From NCBI GenBank assembly GCA_963778415.1, contig CAVZUI010000013.1:67976-131975 (forward strand): DNA of 64,000 bases, given 5' to 3'. Every line of letters begins with the position of its first letter. Position 1 is the first letter of the stretch. Below are positions 9,426 through 20,853 of this stretch, in pieces. Source of the DNA: an uncultured Acidimicrobiales bacterium. GTDB taxonomy: Bacteria; Actinomycetota; Acidimicrobiia; Acidimicrobiales; VFJN01. Below the pieces are notes generated by a model. It was not told where the DNA came from, ran no database searches, and saw nothing but the letters and a program-made list of their open reading frames with translations. A program made the position numbers and the translations under genes.

Positions 9426-11984
9426 CGCTGCGCACCGTGCCCCGCACCCTGGCGGACCACCTGGCGGAGCTCGGCGCCCGCCCCGACCCCGACGCCGTGC
9501 TCGACGCGTTCACGACGTGGGCCGACGGACGCGGCCTCGCGCTGTACCCGGCGCAGGAGGAGGCGGTCCTCGAGATCCTCGGCGGCGCCAACGTCATCCT
9601 CGGCACGCCCACCGGGTCGGGGAAGTCCCTGGTGGCGCTGGCCGCCCACGCCGCCGCCCTGTCCGCCGGGCGCCGCACCTTCTACACGGCGCCGATCAAG
9701 GCGCTCGTGTCGGAGAAGTTCTTCGACCTCGTGCACGAGCTGGGGTCGGACCACGTCGGCATGCTCACCGGCGACGCCGCCGTCAACGCCGACGCCCCGG
9801 TCATCTGCTGCACGGCCGAGATCCTCGCCAACCTGGCGCTGCGTGCCGGCGAGCGGGCCGACGTCGGCCAGGTGGTGATGGACGAGTTCCACTACTACGC
9901 CGACCCCGACCGCGGCTGGGCGTGGCAGGTGCCGTTGCTCGACGCTGCCCCAGGCCCAGTTCGTGCTGATGTCCGCCACGCTGGGCGACACCCGCCGCTT
10001 CGAGGTCGAGCTCAGCGAGCGGACGGGCCGCACGACGGCCGCCGTCCGCAACGCCACCCGACCGGTGCCGCTCGACTACGAGTACCGCCACACCGCCCTG
10101 CACGAGACCATCGACACGCTGCTGGCGACCGACCGGGTGCCGGTCTACGTCGTGCACTTCACCCAGCGCGAGGCCGTCGAGCGGGCCCAGTCGCTGATGA
10201 GCGTCAACATGTGCTCGCGGGCCGAGAAGGACGCCATCGGGGCGGCCATCGGCGAGTTCCGGTTCGGGCCGGGGTTCGGGCGGGCGCTCAGCCGGTTCGT
10301 GCGCCACGGCATCGGCGTCCACCACGCCGGCATGCTCCCGAAGTACCGCCGGCTGGTCGAGCGGCTGGCGCAGGAGGGGCACCTCAAGGTCATCTGCGGC
10401 ACCGACACCCTCGGCGTGGGGATCAACGTGCCGATCCGCACCGTGCTCTTCACCCAGCTCTGCAAGTACGACGGCACGTCGTCCCGGCTGCTCTCGGCCC
10501 GCGAGTTCCACCAGATCGCCGGCCGGGCCGGCCGCGCCGGGTACGACACGGTCGGCTACGCGTGGGCCCAGGCCCCCGAGCACGTGATCGACAACGAGCG
10601 CGCCGTCGCCAAGGCCGGGGACGACGCCAAGAAGAAGCGCAAGATCGTCAAGCGCAAGCCCCCGACCCGGGGCTACGTGCCGTGGAGCGAGGACACGTTC
10701 ACCAAGCTGGCCGCAGCGCCGCCCGAGCCGCTCACGTCCAGCTTCACCGTGTCGCACGCCATGCTGCTCAACGTGCTCGACCGGCCCGGCGACGGCTGCG
10801 GCGCCATGCGTCGCCTGCTCCTCGACAACCACGACCCGCGGGCCCGCCAGCGCCAGCACATCCGCCGGGCCATCGCCATGTACCGGTCGCTGCTGCGCTC
10901 TGGCGTGGTCGAGCGGCTCGACACGCCCGACGCCGACGACCGCCTCGTGCGCGTGACCATCGACCTGCAGGCCGACTTCGCCCTGAACCAGCCGCTGTCG
11001 CCGTTCGTGCTCGAGGCCATCACCCACCTCGACCCCGAGTCCGACACCTACGCCCTCGACGTGCTCTCGATCGTCGAGTCGGTGCTCGAGAACCCGGGCG
11101 TCGTGATCGCCGCCCAGCTCGATCGCCTGCGCACCGAGACCATCGAGCGGCTCAAGCGGGAAGGGGTCGAGTACGAGGAGCGCATGGCCGAGCTCGACAA
11201 GCTCGAGCACCCCAAGCCGCTGCGCGACTTCACCTACGGCCTGTTCGACGCGTACGCGACCGAGCACCCGTGGGTCGTCGACCACACGATCCGGCCCAAG
11301 TCGGTGGCCCGCGACCTGTACGAGCGGGCCATGACGTTCACCGACTACATCGCGTTCTACGGGCTGGCCCGGTCGGAGGGTCTGGTCCTGCGCTACCTGA
11401 CGGACGCCTACAAGGGCCTCGTCCAGAACGTGCCCGAGGACACCAAGACCGACGACCTGCTCGACCTCACCGAGTGGCTGGGCGAGCTGGTGCGCCAGGT
11501 CGACTCGAGCCTGCTCGACGAGTGGGAGACGTTGCGCCACCCCGACGTCGACGACGAGGTGGCGGCGCCGGCCCGCCCGTCGCTGGCCGACGAGGGCGCG
11601 GCGCGGCGGGGCGTGACCGCCAACGAGCGGGCCTTCCGCGTCATGGTGCGCAACGAGCTGTTCCAGTGGGTCGAGCTGCTGGCACGGCGGGCCTACGCCG
11701 ACCTCACCGAGCGCCTGCCGGGCACCGCCTGGTCGGCCGGCTCGCTGGCGGCGGCGATGGCGCCGTACTGGGAGCGGCACGAGGCGGTCGGCATCGGGCC
11801 CGCGGCGCGCGGCCCCGACCTGTTCCAGGTGGCCGAGGCGGCGGGGGAGTGGACGGTGCGGCAGGCGCTCGACGACCCGGACGCGGAGCGGGACTGGGCG
11901 ATCTCCGCTCGCGTGGACCTCGAGGCCTCCGACGAGGAGGGGCGGGCGGTCGTGGTGCTGGAGGGCGTGTCCGCCGGCGGCTGA
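9422..11984 (+). CDS. DEAD/DEAH-box (Ski2-like) helicase with DUF3516-type C-terminal region; one apparent frameshift near 9955
   Basis: The N-terminus in the ORF 9422 frame has [32 protein letters not shown] (motif I) and VVMDEFHYY (motif II). The gene continues in ORF 9963-11984 with LMSATLGD (motif III), [38 protein letters not shown] and [12 protein letters not shown] (motif VI), then a long helical C-terminal domain. Confidence 0.9.
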
Positions 11985-12028
11985 GGTCCCGCTGGCGCCG
12001 CTCGCGCCCAGCGCCGAGGATCGCGTGC

Positions 12029-12547
12029 ATGGATCCCCGTGCCGCCCTCCAGGACGCCTTCGCCGCCGCCGGTCCCGCCCCCGACATCGCCGAGAAGCTG
12101 GCGCTGTTCGGCCAGTTCGTCGGCTCGTGGGATCTCGACGTCACCGACGTCGCCGCCGACGGCACCGAGACCGTGACGGCCGGGGAGTGGCACTTCGGGT
12201 GGGCGCTCGGCGGCCGGGCCGTGGCCGACGTGTGGATCTGCCCGCGGCGGACGGCCGACGGCGCCTCGCCCGGCGAGCACGGCACGAGCCTGCGGTTCTA
12301 CGACGACGGGCTGGGGGCGTGGCGGTCGACGTGGGTCGGACCGGGACGCCAGGTGGTCCGCCAGTTCGTCGCCCGGGCCGACGGCGACGGGATCGTGCTG
12401 TCGGGCGCCTTCGACGACGGCGCCCTGCGGTGGGCGTTCTCGGACATCGCCCCCACGTCGTTCCGGTGGCGCAACGAGGTGTCACACGACGGCGGCCGCA
12501 CCTGGCGGGTCCAACAGACGTTCGCGGCGTGCCGGGCCCCGGGGTAG
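12029..12547 (+). CDS. Hypothetical protein (about 172 aa)
   Basis: This is the tail of the ORF 9422-12547 frame, from ATG 12029: [72 protein letters not shown]...[23 protein letters not shown]. Composition is realistic and third positions are GC-rich. The family was not recognised with confidence. Confidence 0.65.
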   Translation: MDPRAALQDAFAAAGPAPDIAEKLALFGQFVGSWDLDVTDVAADGTETVTAGEWHFGWALGGRAVADVWICPRRTADGASPGEHGTSLRFYDDGLGAWRSTWVGPGRQVVRQFVARADGDGIVLSGAFDDGALRWAFSDIAPTSFRWRNEVSHDGGRTWRVQQTFAACRAPG

Positions 12548-12556
12548 GCCGTCGCG

Positions 12557-13376
12557 TCAGGCCGCGGGGAGGAGCTTGCGGCGGAACAGGTCGAGGACCT
12601 GGTCGAGCGCGGCTCGGGTGCGCTGACCCGGCTCGTCGATCAGGTGCTCGGTCAGCACGGAGTGGGCGGGCATCTGCGACGCGGGGTTGGCGTCGGCGTC
12701 GCCGAGCTCGACGGCCACGAAGGCGTCGCCCAGCTCGTCCTGCAGGAACTCGAAGCGCTCGCCGGGCACGAGCCGGTCGCTCGTGAACCGCAGGCCGAGG
12801 ACCTCGAGGCCGTCGGCCGCGCACCGCTGCTTGACGACGCCGAGGTCGGCGTCGGAGATGTCGATCGTCCGCTTCCACCGCACGGTCGGACCGAACGGGA
12901 GCGACGGCTGCGAGAGCACCGGGGCGAGCGAGGGTCGGCGACGTCGCCATGGCCAGGGCGAACCCCCCGGTGAAGCACATGCCGACGGCGCCGACCCCGG
13001 GACCGCCGCAGCGCTCGTGCTCCTCGGCGGCCAACGCCCGCAGCCAGTCGACGACGGGCGACGTTCGCCCCGTGGCGAGCACCGTGAACTCGCGGCTGAC
13101 GCACGTCGGCACCAACGACGACAGCGCGTACCGGACGGAGCCGAGCCGGCCGCCGGCGAACGGGTCGCGGCCGGGCTCGCCGAACAGGTGGGGCAGCACG
13201 GCCGTGCAGCCGATGTCCACGACCCGATCGGCGAACTCCACGACCTTGGGCGTGATGCCCGGGATCTCGGCGATGACCACCACCGCGGGCCCGGTGCCGC
13301 GGCGGAACACCGCGCGCTCCTTGCCGTCGTGGGTGAACGTCGTGCGTTCGTAGCCGTCGAGTGCGTTGCCCGTCAC
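12557..13376 (-). CDS. Dienelactone hydrolase family protein; one apparent frameshift near 12930
   Basis: The ORF 12141-13886 frame from GTG 13376 gives VTGNALDGYERTTFTHDGKERAVFRRGTGPAVVVIAEIPGITPKVVEFADRVVDIGCTAVLPHLFG...GVGAVGMCFTGGFALAMA (nucleophile Cys motif). The C-terminus is ORF 12557-12919: SQPSLPFGPT...VLGLRFTSDRLVPGERF. Confidence 0.8.
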
Positions 13377-13469
13377 GGCGCCGGACGGTAGCGCGCCCCG
13401 TCCGCCTCGGGACGGCCGTGTCGCGCCCGCGTCGGCCCGGGCGCGGCGGCGATCAGTAGGGTCCGCCCC

Positions 13470-14660
13470 GTGGCCGCCACCGCCGTGCGCTTCGTCCCCC
13501 GCAGCGGTGAGGGATGGCGCGACCCGTTCCCGATGTACCGCGCCCTGCAGGACGTCGACCCCGTCCACCGTGTCGACGACGGCGGCTACTGGGTGCTGTC
13601 TCGCTTCGCCGACGTGTTCGCCGCCGCCCGCGACACGGCCACGTTCTCCTCCGCCGAGGGCCTGACCTTCACCTACGACGAGCGCCGCAGGGCCGGGCTC
13701 GACGAGATTCGCCCCCATGGTCATGCTCGACCCGCCCGCCCACACCGCCTTCCGGCGCCTCGTGGCCCGGGGGTTCACGCCCCGGCACGTCGCGACCGTC
13801 GAGCCTGACGTGCGCGCCTTCGTCGTCGAGCGGGTCGAGCGGCTGCGCGCCGCGGGCGCCGGCGACGTCGTGGCAGAGCTGGCCAAGCCGCTCCCGAGCT
13901 TCGTCGTCGCCCACTACCTCGGCGTGCCCGAGGCCGACCGGACCCGGTTCGACGGATGGACCGAGGCCATCGTCGCCGCCAACGCGCAGGGCGACCCGCT
14001 GCGGCGCGGCCACCGCCGTCGCCGACCTGGCCGCGTACTTCACCGAGCTGGCCGACCTCCGGCGGCGGCGCCCGGGCGACGACGCCGTCTCCGAGCTCGT
14101 GCGGGCGGGCGACGCCGCCGGCGTGTCCACGCTGCGACGTCATCGGCTTCGCCTTCACGATGGTCACAGGCGGCAACGACACGACGACCGGCCTGCTCGG
14201 CGGCGCCCTCGAGCTGCTCGCCGCCGCCCCCGACCAGCGGGCCCGCCTGGTGGCGCGACCCGGCGGCATCGCGCGACGCGGTCGAGGAGCTGCTGCGGCT
14301 GACCTCGCCCGTGCAGGGCCTGGCCCGCACCGCGACCCGCGACGTCGAGATCGACGGCACGACGATCCCCGCCGGCGACAAGGTGATGCTGCTGTACGGC
14401 GCGGCCAACCGGGACCCCCGTGAGTTCGGGCCGGACGCGGACCACCTCGACGTCGCCCGGCGTCCCCACCGCATCCTGACCTTCGGCAGCGGGGCGCACT
14501 TCTGCCTGGGCGCGGCCGCGGCTCGCCTGATGGGGCGGGTCGCGCTGGAGGAGCTGCTGGCCCGATGCCCCGACTTCGCGGTCGATGCGGCCGCGGGCGG
14601 TTCGCGCCCGGTCACTTCGTCCGCCGGTACGAGTCGCTGCCCTTCACGGCCGCCGCGTGA
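13470..14660 (+). CDS. Cytochrome P450; four to five apparent frameshifts
   Basis: Collinear pieces: WRDPFPMYRALQDVDPVHRVDDGGYWVLSRFADVFAAARD; MVMLDPPAHTAFRRLVARGFTPRHVATVEPDVRAFVVERVERL; DVIGFAFTMVTGGNDTTTGLLGGALELLA; AVEELLRLTSPVQGLARTATRDVEIDGTTIPAGDKVMLLYGAANRDPREF; and the heme loop FGSGAHFCLGAAAARL. The stop is at 14658-14660. Confidence 0.85.
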
Positions 14661-14662
14661 CG

Positions 14663-14687
14663 GGCAGGCGGGAGCGGCCCGCCTGTC
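14663..14687 (+). terminator. Candidate intrinsic terminator hairpin after the P450 gene
   Basis: A 10-bp GC-rich stem (14663-14672 / 14778-14787 read as GGCAGGCGGG ... CCCGCCTGTC) with a 5-nt loop starts 3 nt after the stop. There is no U-tract. Confidence 0.35.
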
Positions 14688-14755
14688 GCCGAGCGTCCCC
14701 GCCCACCGAGGGCCGCTAGCTTCGAAGCGAGCGGGCCCGACGAGGAGGACGGTCC

Positions 14756-15184
14756 ATGCCAGCACGCACCGCGTCCGCACGGTGGGAGGGCGGCCTGCGC
14801 GGCGGCTCCGGGACGATGCGCCTGGGCAGCGGCGCCTACGAGGGCGCCTACTCGTTCTCGTCCCGCTTCGAGGACGGCACGGGCACCAACCCCGAAGAGC
14901 TGCTCGGCGCGGCCCATGCCGGGTGCTTCTCGATGGCTCTGTCCGCCGGGCTCGAACGGGCCGGGCACCCGCCGACATCGGTCGACACGACGGCCCGGGT
15001 CCACCTCGAACAGGCCGACGGCGGCTTCGGCATCAGCCGCATCGAGCTCGAGTGCACCGCGGTCGTGCCCGGCCTCGACGACGCGGCGTTCCAGCAGGAA
15101 GCGGCCGCCGCCAAGGCGGGCTGCCCGGTGTCCCGGGCGCTGGCCGCGGTCGACATCACCCTCACGGCCACGTTGGCGGCGTGA
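14756..15184 (+). CDS. osmC: OsmC family peroxiredoxin
   Basis: Intact 142-aa ORF: ARWEGGLRGGSGTMRLGSGAYEGAYSFSSRFEDGTGTNPEELLGAAHAGCFSMALS...AKAGCPVSRAL. Both conserved Cys are present. Confidence 0.9.
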   Translation: MPARTASARWEGGLRGGSGTMRLGSGAYEGAYSFSSRFEDGTGTNPEELLGAAHAGCFSMALSAGLERAGHPPTSVDTTARVHLEQADGGFGISRIELECTAVVPGLDDAAFQQEAAAAKAGCPVSRALAAVDITLTATLAA

Positions 15185-15187
15185 CCG

Positions 15188-18100
15188 TCACGAGGACAGG
15201 TCTGCCAGCGCCCTGCGGACCCGCTGGACGCTGACGGGACGGGCCGTCCCCAGGACCTGGGCGAAGAAGCTGACCCGCAGCTCCTCGAGGAGCCAGCGGG
15301 CCTCGACCACGTCGGGGTCGCCCCGGCGGGCCCGAGGGAGCGCGGCCACCGCGTCCGCGTACTGGCCCTCGACCGCCCGGGCGGTCGCCATCAGCTCGCG
15401 GTCGCGGGCCGGCCGGTCTCCGAGCTTGTCGAGGCGGACCCGGACGCCTTCCAGGTAGCGCCCGAGGTCCCGCAGGCGGGCCAGGCCGCTGGCGGTCACG
15501 AACCCGGGCCGGACGAGCGTGCGCACCTGGGCCCGCATGTCCTCGACGGCGGGCTGCAGGGCCGGGGCGCGGGTGGCGTCGAGGCGGGCCTCGAGTGACA
15601 CGGCCGCGGCCACGAGGTCGGCGGCCTGGGCCGCCGCGCCGGCCGCCAGGGGCGCGAGCCGGGACCGGGCGGCGGCGGTCAGCCGGGCGAAGCCCTCGTC
15701 GTCCCACGCCGGGCCCCCCTCGCTGGCGACGATCCGGTCGGCCGCGGCGGCGACGCAGTCGTCGGCCAGGTCGGCCACCGACGGGACGTGCGCGGGGGCG
15801 GCCGCCAGGGCGGGCACGGCTCGCAGCCGCCGCTCGGCCTCGCGCCGCGCCGCCGGCAGCGCCAGCACCAGCAGCCGCCGGGTCCCCGCCCGCATGGCCC
15901 GGGCCTGGTCGTCGGCCGAGGTCATGACCCGCACCGCCACCGAGTCGCCCTCGTCGAGCAGCGCCGGGTAGCCCCGCACGGGCCGGCCGCCGGCCTCGAC
16001 GTCGACGGTCCGGGGCAGCGTCCCGATGTCCCACGTGGTCAGGCCGCGGCGTTCGATGCCCGGCGCGGCGTCGGCGACGGCCCGCCGCACGCGGCCGCCG
16101 AGGCGGCGCCGCAGCTCGCCGAGGTCGCGGCCGCTGGCGACCTCGGCGCCGTCGCCGTCCTCGATGCGGAACCGCACCCGCAGGTGGTCGGGCACCTTGG
16201 TCAGGTCGAACTCGCCGGCAGCCACGGCCTCGCCCGCCAGGGTCGCCAGGCGCCGGGCGAGCACGTCGAGCAGCGGCCCGTCGTCGGGACCGATGCTCCG
16301 GAGCGCCTCGCGGGCCCGGTCGGGTGCGGGCACGAGGTGGCGCCGCACCGCCTTGGGCAGGGAACGGACCAGGGCGGTCACGAGGTCGAGGCGGTGACCG
16401 GGCACCTGCCAGTCGAAGCCGTCGGGGCGCACCTGGTTGAGCACCGCCAGCGGCACGTGAACGGTCACGCCGTCGTCGTCGGCGCCGGGACCGAACGTGT
16501 ACGAGACATCGAACGCCAGGTCGCCCTGCCGCCACGTCGTCGGGAAGGCGTCGAGGTCCACGCCGTCGGCGTCGGGGTCGATCAGGTCGTCGCGGGTGAA
16601 GGTCAGCAGGTCGGGCTCGGTGCGCCGGGCGTCCTTCCACCAGCGGTCGAAGTGACGGGCGGAGACCACGTCGTCGGGCACCCGCGCCGCGAAGAAGTCC
16701 ACCATCCGGTCCCGGGTGACGAGGAGGTCGCGCCGGCGGGTGCGCTCCTCCAGCTCCTCCACCTCGTCGACGAGCGTCCGGTTGGCGGCGACGAAGGCGT
16801 GGTGGGAGCGCCAGTCGCCGTCGACCAGCGCGTGCTCGATGAACAGCGTGCGGGCGAGCGCGGGGTCGACGCGGCCCAGTTGGACCCGCCGACCCTCGAC
16901 GATCGGCAGCCCGTAGAGCGTGACGCGCTCGGTCGTCATCGCCGACCCGCGGCGCCCGTCCCACCAGGGGTCGCCGTACGAGCGGCGCACCAGGTGCTCG
17001 GCTGCGGGCTCGATCCACGACGGGATCGATGCGGGCGGCCATGCGGGCCCACAGGCGGTTGGTCTCGACCAGCTCGCCCGCCATGACCCAGGCCGGCGAC
17101 TTCCGGTTCAGGACCGAGCCGCGAGCGATGGTGAAGTGGGCCTGGCGGGCGCCGACGTGGTCGCGCGTCGTGCGGTCGTACATGCCGACGTGCGACAGCA
17201 GCCCGGCCAGCAGGGCGCGGTGGATCTGATCGGCGGACGCCGGCTCGCGGTTGCGGCGCAGCCCGAGGTCGTTGGCGACCTCCCGCAGCTGGCGCACGAG
17301 GTCCTGCCATTCCCGCACGCGGACGTGGTTGAGGAACTCGGCGCGGCACATCCGTCGGAACGCGCTCGACGACCGCGCCCGCTGCTCGGTCTCGAGGTGG
17401 TGCCAGAGGGCGAGCACCGACAGGAAGTCCGAGTCGGGGTCGGCGAAGCGAGCGTGCATCTCGTTCGCCTCGGCCTCGTGGTCGGTCGGCCGCTCGCGGA
17501 CGTCCTGGATCGACAGGGCGGCGGCCAGGATCACGACCTCCCGCACGCAGGCCTCGTCGCCGGCCTCCAGGATCATGCGGCCGAAGCGGGGATCGACGGG
17601 CAGCCGGGCCAGGCGACGCCCCACCTTGGTCAGCGTGCGGTCGGGGCGCATGGCCCCCAGCTCGACCAGCAGGGCGACGGCGTCGCGGATGGCGTGGGCG
17701 TCGGGCGGGTCGACGAACGGGAACGACTCGACGTCGCCGAGCCGCAGCGCGGCCATCTGCAGGATGACCGACGCCAGGTTGGTGCGCAGGATCTCGGGCT
17801 CGGTGAACTCGGGCCGGCCGGCGAAGTCGTCCTCGTCGTAGAGCCGGATGCAGATGCCGGGCGCCACACGGCCGCACCGACCGGCCCGCTGGTTCGCCGA
17901 CGCCTGGCTGACCGCCTCGATGGGCAGCCGCTGGACCTTGGTGCGGCGGTTGTAGCGCGAGATGCGGGCGGTGCCCGGGTCGACGACGTAGCGCACGCCG
18001 GGCACGGTGATCGACGTCTCGGCCACGTTGGTGGCGAGGACGATGCGCCGCCCGCGGTGGGGGCGGAAGGCGCGCTGCTGCTCGGCCGCCGACAGCCGGG

Positions 18101-18855
18101 CGTAGAGCGGCAGGATCTCGGTGTCGGCGAGCTTCTCGTCGGTGAGGGCGGTGGCGGCGTCGCGGATCTCGCGCTCGCCGCTGAGGAACACGAGGATGTC
18201 GCCCGGGCCCTCACGCCGCAGCTCGTCGACCGCGGCCCGGATGCCGTCGACCTGGTCGCGCTCGAGGGGCCGGTAGCGCATCTCGACGGGGTAGGTGCGG
18301 CCGGACACCTCGACGACGGGGGCGTCGAAGTGGGCGGCGAAGCGCTCGGTGTCGATGGTGGCCGAGGTGACGATCAGCTTGAGGTCGGGCCGCCGGGGGA
18401 GGAGGCCGGTGAGGTAGCCGAGGAGGAAGTCGATGTTCAGGCTGCGCTCGTGGGCCTCGTCGACGATGATCGTGTCGTAGCGGCGCAGCATCCGGTCGCG
18501 TTGCAGCTCGGCGAGCAGGATGCCGTCGGTCATGAGCTTCACCTGGGTGTGCTCGCCGACCTGGTCGGTGAAGCGCACGGTGTAGCCGACCCGGTCGCCC
18601 AGCTCGGTGCCCAGCTCCTCGGCGATGCGGGCCGCCACGGTGCGGGCGGCCAGGCGCCGGGGCTGCGTGTGCCCGATGAGCGCCTCGCGTGCCGCGGCCC
18701 AGCTCGAGGCACATCTTGGGGAGCTGGGTGCTCTTGCCCGAACCGGTCTCGCCCGCGACCACGACGACCTGGTGGTCGCGGATGGCGGCCATCACGTCGT
18801 CGCGCCGCTCGGTGATCGGCAGGTCGGGGTAGGTGATCGGGGGGAGCGTTGCCAT
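15188..18855 (-). CDS. hrpA: ATP-dependent RNA helicase HrpA; two apparent frameshifts (~18680, ~17000)
   Basis: N-terminus in ORF 18211-18855 ([42 protein letters not shown]). The core is in the ORF 15162-18638 frame ([54 protein letters not shown]). The C-terminal 600 aa are in ORF 15188-16990. Confidence 0.95.
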
Positions 18856-18961
18856 GACCGGTCGGTCATCCTACGGAGCAGGCCTTCCGGGAGGACCGGG
18901 AGTTCGAACACCCGCATTAGAACGTCCGACGCGTGACCCAGGTCACGGCTAGGGTGCCGCC

Positions 18962-20207
18962 GTGCACTCCACGCTGGACCTCACCGTCGACCCCACGGGC
19001 GCCGGGTTCGACCCCGCCCGCCTCGGCCGGATCGACGACCACCTGCGCACCCGGTACGTCGAGGCCGGAAAGATCGCCGGCTGCCAGGTGCTGGTGTCCC
19101 GCGGCGGGACGCTGGCGCACGCCGCGACCATCGGGCTGGCCGATCGTGAGCGCGAGGTCCCCGTGCGCCCCGACACGATCTGGCGCATCTTCTCGATGAC
19201 CAAGCCGGTCACCGGCGTGGCGCTCCTCACCCTGTACGAGCAGGGCAAGGTGGCGCTGAAGGACCCGGTCGAGCGGTACCTGCCCGAGTTCCGCGGGGTC
19301 AAGGTGCGCGAGAAGGACGCCGGCGGTGAGGTGCACCTCGTCGACCCGGTGCGGCCGATGACGGTGCGCGACCTGCTGATGCACACGTCCGGCATCGGCT
19401 ACGGCCCGCCGGAGCGCCCGCATGGACCTCGCCACCCTCGGCGACCGCCCGCCGTCGGCCCGGATGTCCGGCGGCGGCGACCTCCAGGTGCTGGTCGAGC
19501 GCCTGGGGCCCGAGCCGCTGCGCTTCCACCCGGGCGCGCACTGGCTGTACTCGTGGTCGACCGACGTGGCCGCCCGGGTCGTCGAGGTGGTGTCGGGGTC
19601 GCGGTTCGACGAGTACCTCCAGGACACGATCTTCGACCCGCTGGGCATGGCCGACACCGGCTTCTCGGTGCCCGACGCCTCGATCGACCGCTTCGCCGCG
19701 CTGTACCGGCGCGACCGGGCCAAGCGGCTGGTGCTCAGCGACGACCCGCTGACCAGCGCCTTCCGCACGCACCCCGAGTTCCTGTCGGGCGGCGGTGGCC
19801 TGGCGTCGACCGCGGCCGACTACCTGCGCTTCTGCCGGATGCTGGCCGGCGGCGGGGCGGTCGACGGCGTGCGGGTGCTGGCGCCTCGCACCGTCGAGCT
19901 GATGCGGACGAACCACCTGCCGGGTGGGGGCGACCTGCGCGGCGTCGCGCTGCCGGGCGGCTACGGCGAGGTCGGCTTCGACGGCATGGGCTTCGGGCTG
20001 ACCGTGGCGGTGTCGTCCGGGCCGGCCGGGACGCAGTCCGCAGGGTCGGCCGGGACGTTCATGTGGGGCGGCCTGGCGTCGACGATCTTCTGGATCGATC
20101 CCACCGACGACGTCGTCGTGGTGTTCATGACCCAGCTCGTGCCGTCGGGGACGTTCGACTTCCGGGGCCAGCTCACCGCCCTCGTCTACGGCGCCCTCGT
20201 GGGCTGA
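18962..20207 (+). CDS. Serine hydrolase, beta-lactamase/esterase (class C-like) family; one apparent frameshift near 19415
   Basis: ORF 18962 frame: GCQVLVSRGGTLAHAATIGLADREREVPVRPDTIWRIFSMTKPVTGVALLTLYEQGK (SxxK motif). It continues in ORF 19422-20207: LRFHPGAHWLYSWSTDVAARVVEVVSG...GGGGLASTAADYLRFCRML...FMWGGLASTIFWIDP. Confidence 0.9.
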
Positions 20208-20230
20208 CGGCGGGCAAGCCGCCCGTGCGG

Positions 20231-20677
20231 CTACTCGTCGGGGTCGCCGATGAGGTAGCGGGGACCGGCGCCGTGCTCGCCGGCGACGTCGCCGGCGTTC
20301 AGCAGGCGGCACGCCTTGAGGGACAGGCAGCCGCACCCGATGCAGCCGTCGAGCCGGTCCTTGAGCCGCTCGATCAGCTCGATCTGCTGGTCGAGGCGGG
20401 GACGCCAGGCCTGGGAGATGCGGGCCCAGTCCTCCTGGGTGGGGGTGCGGGCGTCGGGCAGCGACGCGAGCGCCTCGCGGATCTCCTCGAGGCTGAGGCC
20501 CACCCGCTGCGCGACCCGGATGAACGACACCCGGCGGAGCACGTCGCGGTGGTAGCGCCGCTGGTTGCCGGCACTGCGCTCGGCGCAGATGAGGCCCTCG
20601 TCCTCGTAGTAGCGCAGGGCCGAGGGCGCCACTCCGGTGCGGTCGGCGACGGCGCCGATGCTCAGCTCGGTCTCCAT
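20231..20677 (-). CDS. soxR: Redox-sensitive MerR-family transcriptional activator SoxR
   Basis: ORF 20231-20707: ELSIGAVADRTGVAPSALRYYEDEGLICAERSAGNQRRYHRDVLRRVSFIRVAQRVGLSLEEI, with the [2Fe-2S] motif CIGCGCLSLKAC. The likely start is METELS (20677); the ORF-track start is 20707. Confidence 0.93.
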   Translation of the reverse strand: METELSIGAVADRTGVAPSALRYYEDEGLICAERSAGNQRRYHRDVLRRVSFIRVAQRVGLSLEEIREALASLPDARTPTQEDWARISQAWRPRLDQQIELIERLKDRLDGCIGCGCLSLKACRLLNAGDVAGEHGAGPRYLIGDPDE

Positions 20678-20737
20678 CCGCGGCACGCTACCGCCACAGA
20701 CATCCACTTCAAGCGAGCTTCACCTTCCCTCCGACGG

Positions 20738-20788
20738 GATTTCCCCCGCGAGATCGGTCGCTCCGGCGACCGATCTCGCGGGGAAATC
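20738..20788. promoter_or_regulatory. 51-nt near-perfect inverted repeat (23-bp stem, one bulged C, loop TCCG) in the soxR / DUF35-thiolase divergent region
   Basis: GATTTCCCCCGCGAGATCGGTCGC tccg GCGACCGATCTCGCGGGGAAATC. The only imperfection is one extra C in a C5 run. It sits between the soxR start and the 20854 start. Confidence 0.5.
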
Positions 20789-20853
20789 GTGGAACGGGTG
20801 GTACAGCCGGTAGCTTTCGGCACACCCACCTGACGCTGGACGCGGGAGGACGC

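Noticed and set aside
9801-11780. Very long ORFs in the track that lie antisense to, or out of frame with, recognised genes. Examples: 9801-11780 (-), 15788-17086 (+), 16920-18815 (+), 31748-33352 (+), 47179-48813 (-), 47628-49487 (+), 12141-13886 (-, outside 12930-13376) and 9422-12547 (+, between ~9960 and 12028).
   Set aside because: Their translations are dominated by Arg/Pro/Gly/Ala runs, typical of off-frame reading in very GC-rich DNA. They overlap genes with clear family signatures on the other strand or frame, and they show no recognisable motifs.
18890-18947. A tRNA-like GAGTTCGAACACCC segment and the GTGACC-ca-GGTCAC palindrome between hrpA and the serine hydrolase gene. Also a possible LexA (GAAC-N4-GTTC) box.
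   Set aside because: No acceptor or anticodon arms can be built around the TTCGAA segment. The GTTCGAAC has no 4-nt spacer as required for an actinobacterial SOS box. The 14-bp palindrome alone is too short to interpret.
20678-20737. A SoxR operator upstream of soxR (ACTTCAAGCGAGCTTCACCT).
   Set aside because: Only the left half resembles the CCTCAAG half-site of known SoxR boxes. The right half (CTTCACC) does not complete the palindrome. The evidence is too weak to call.
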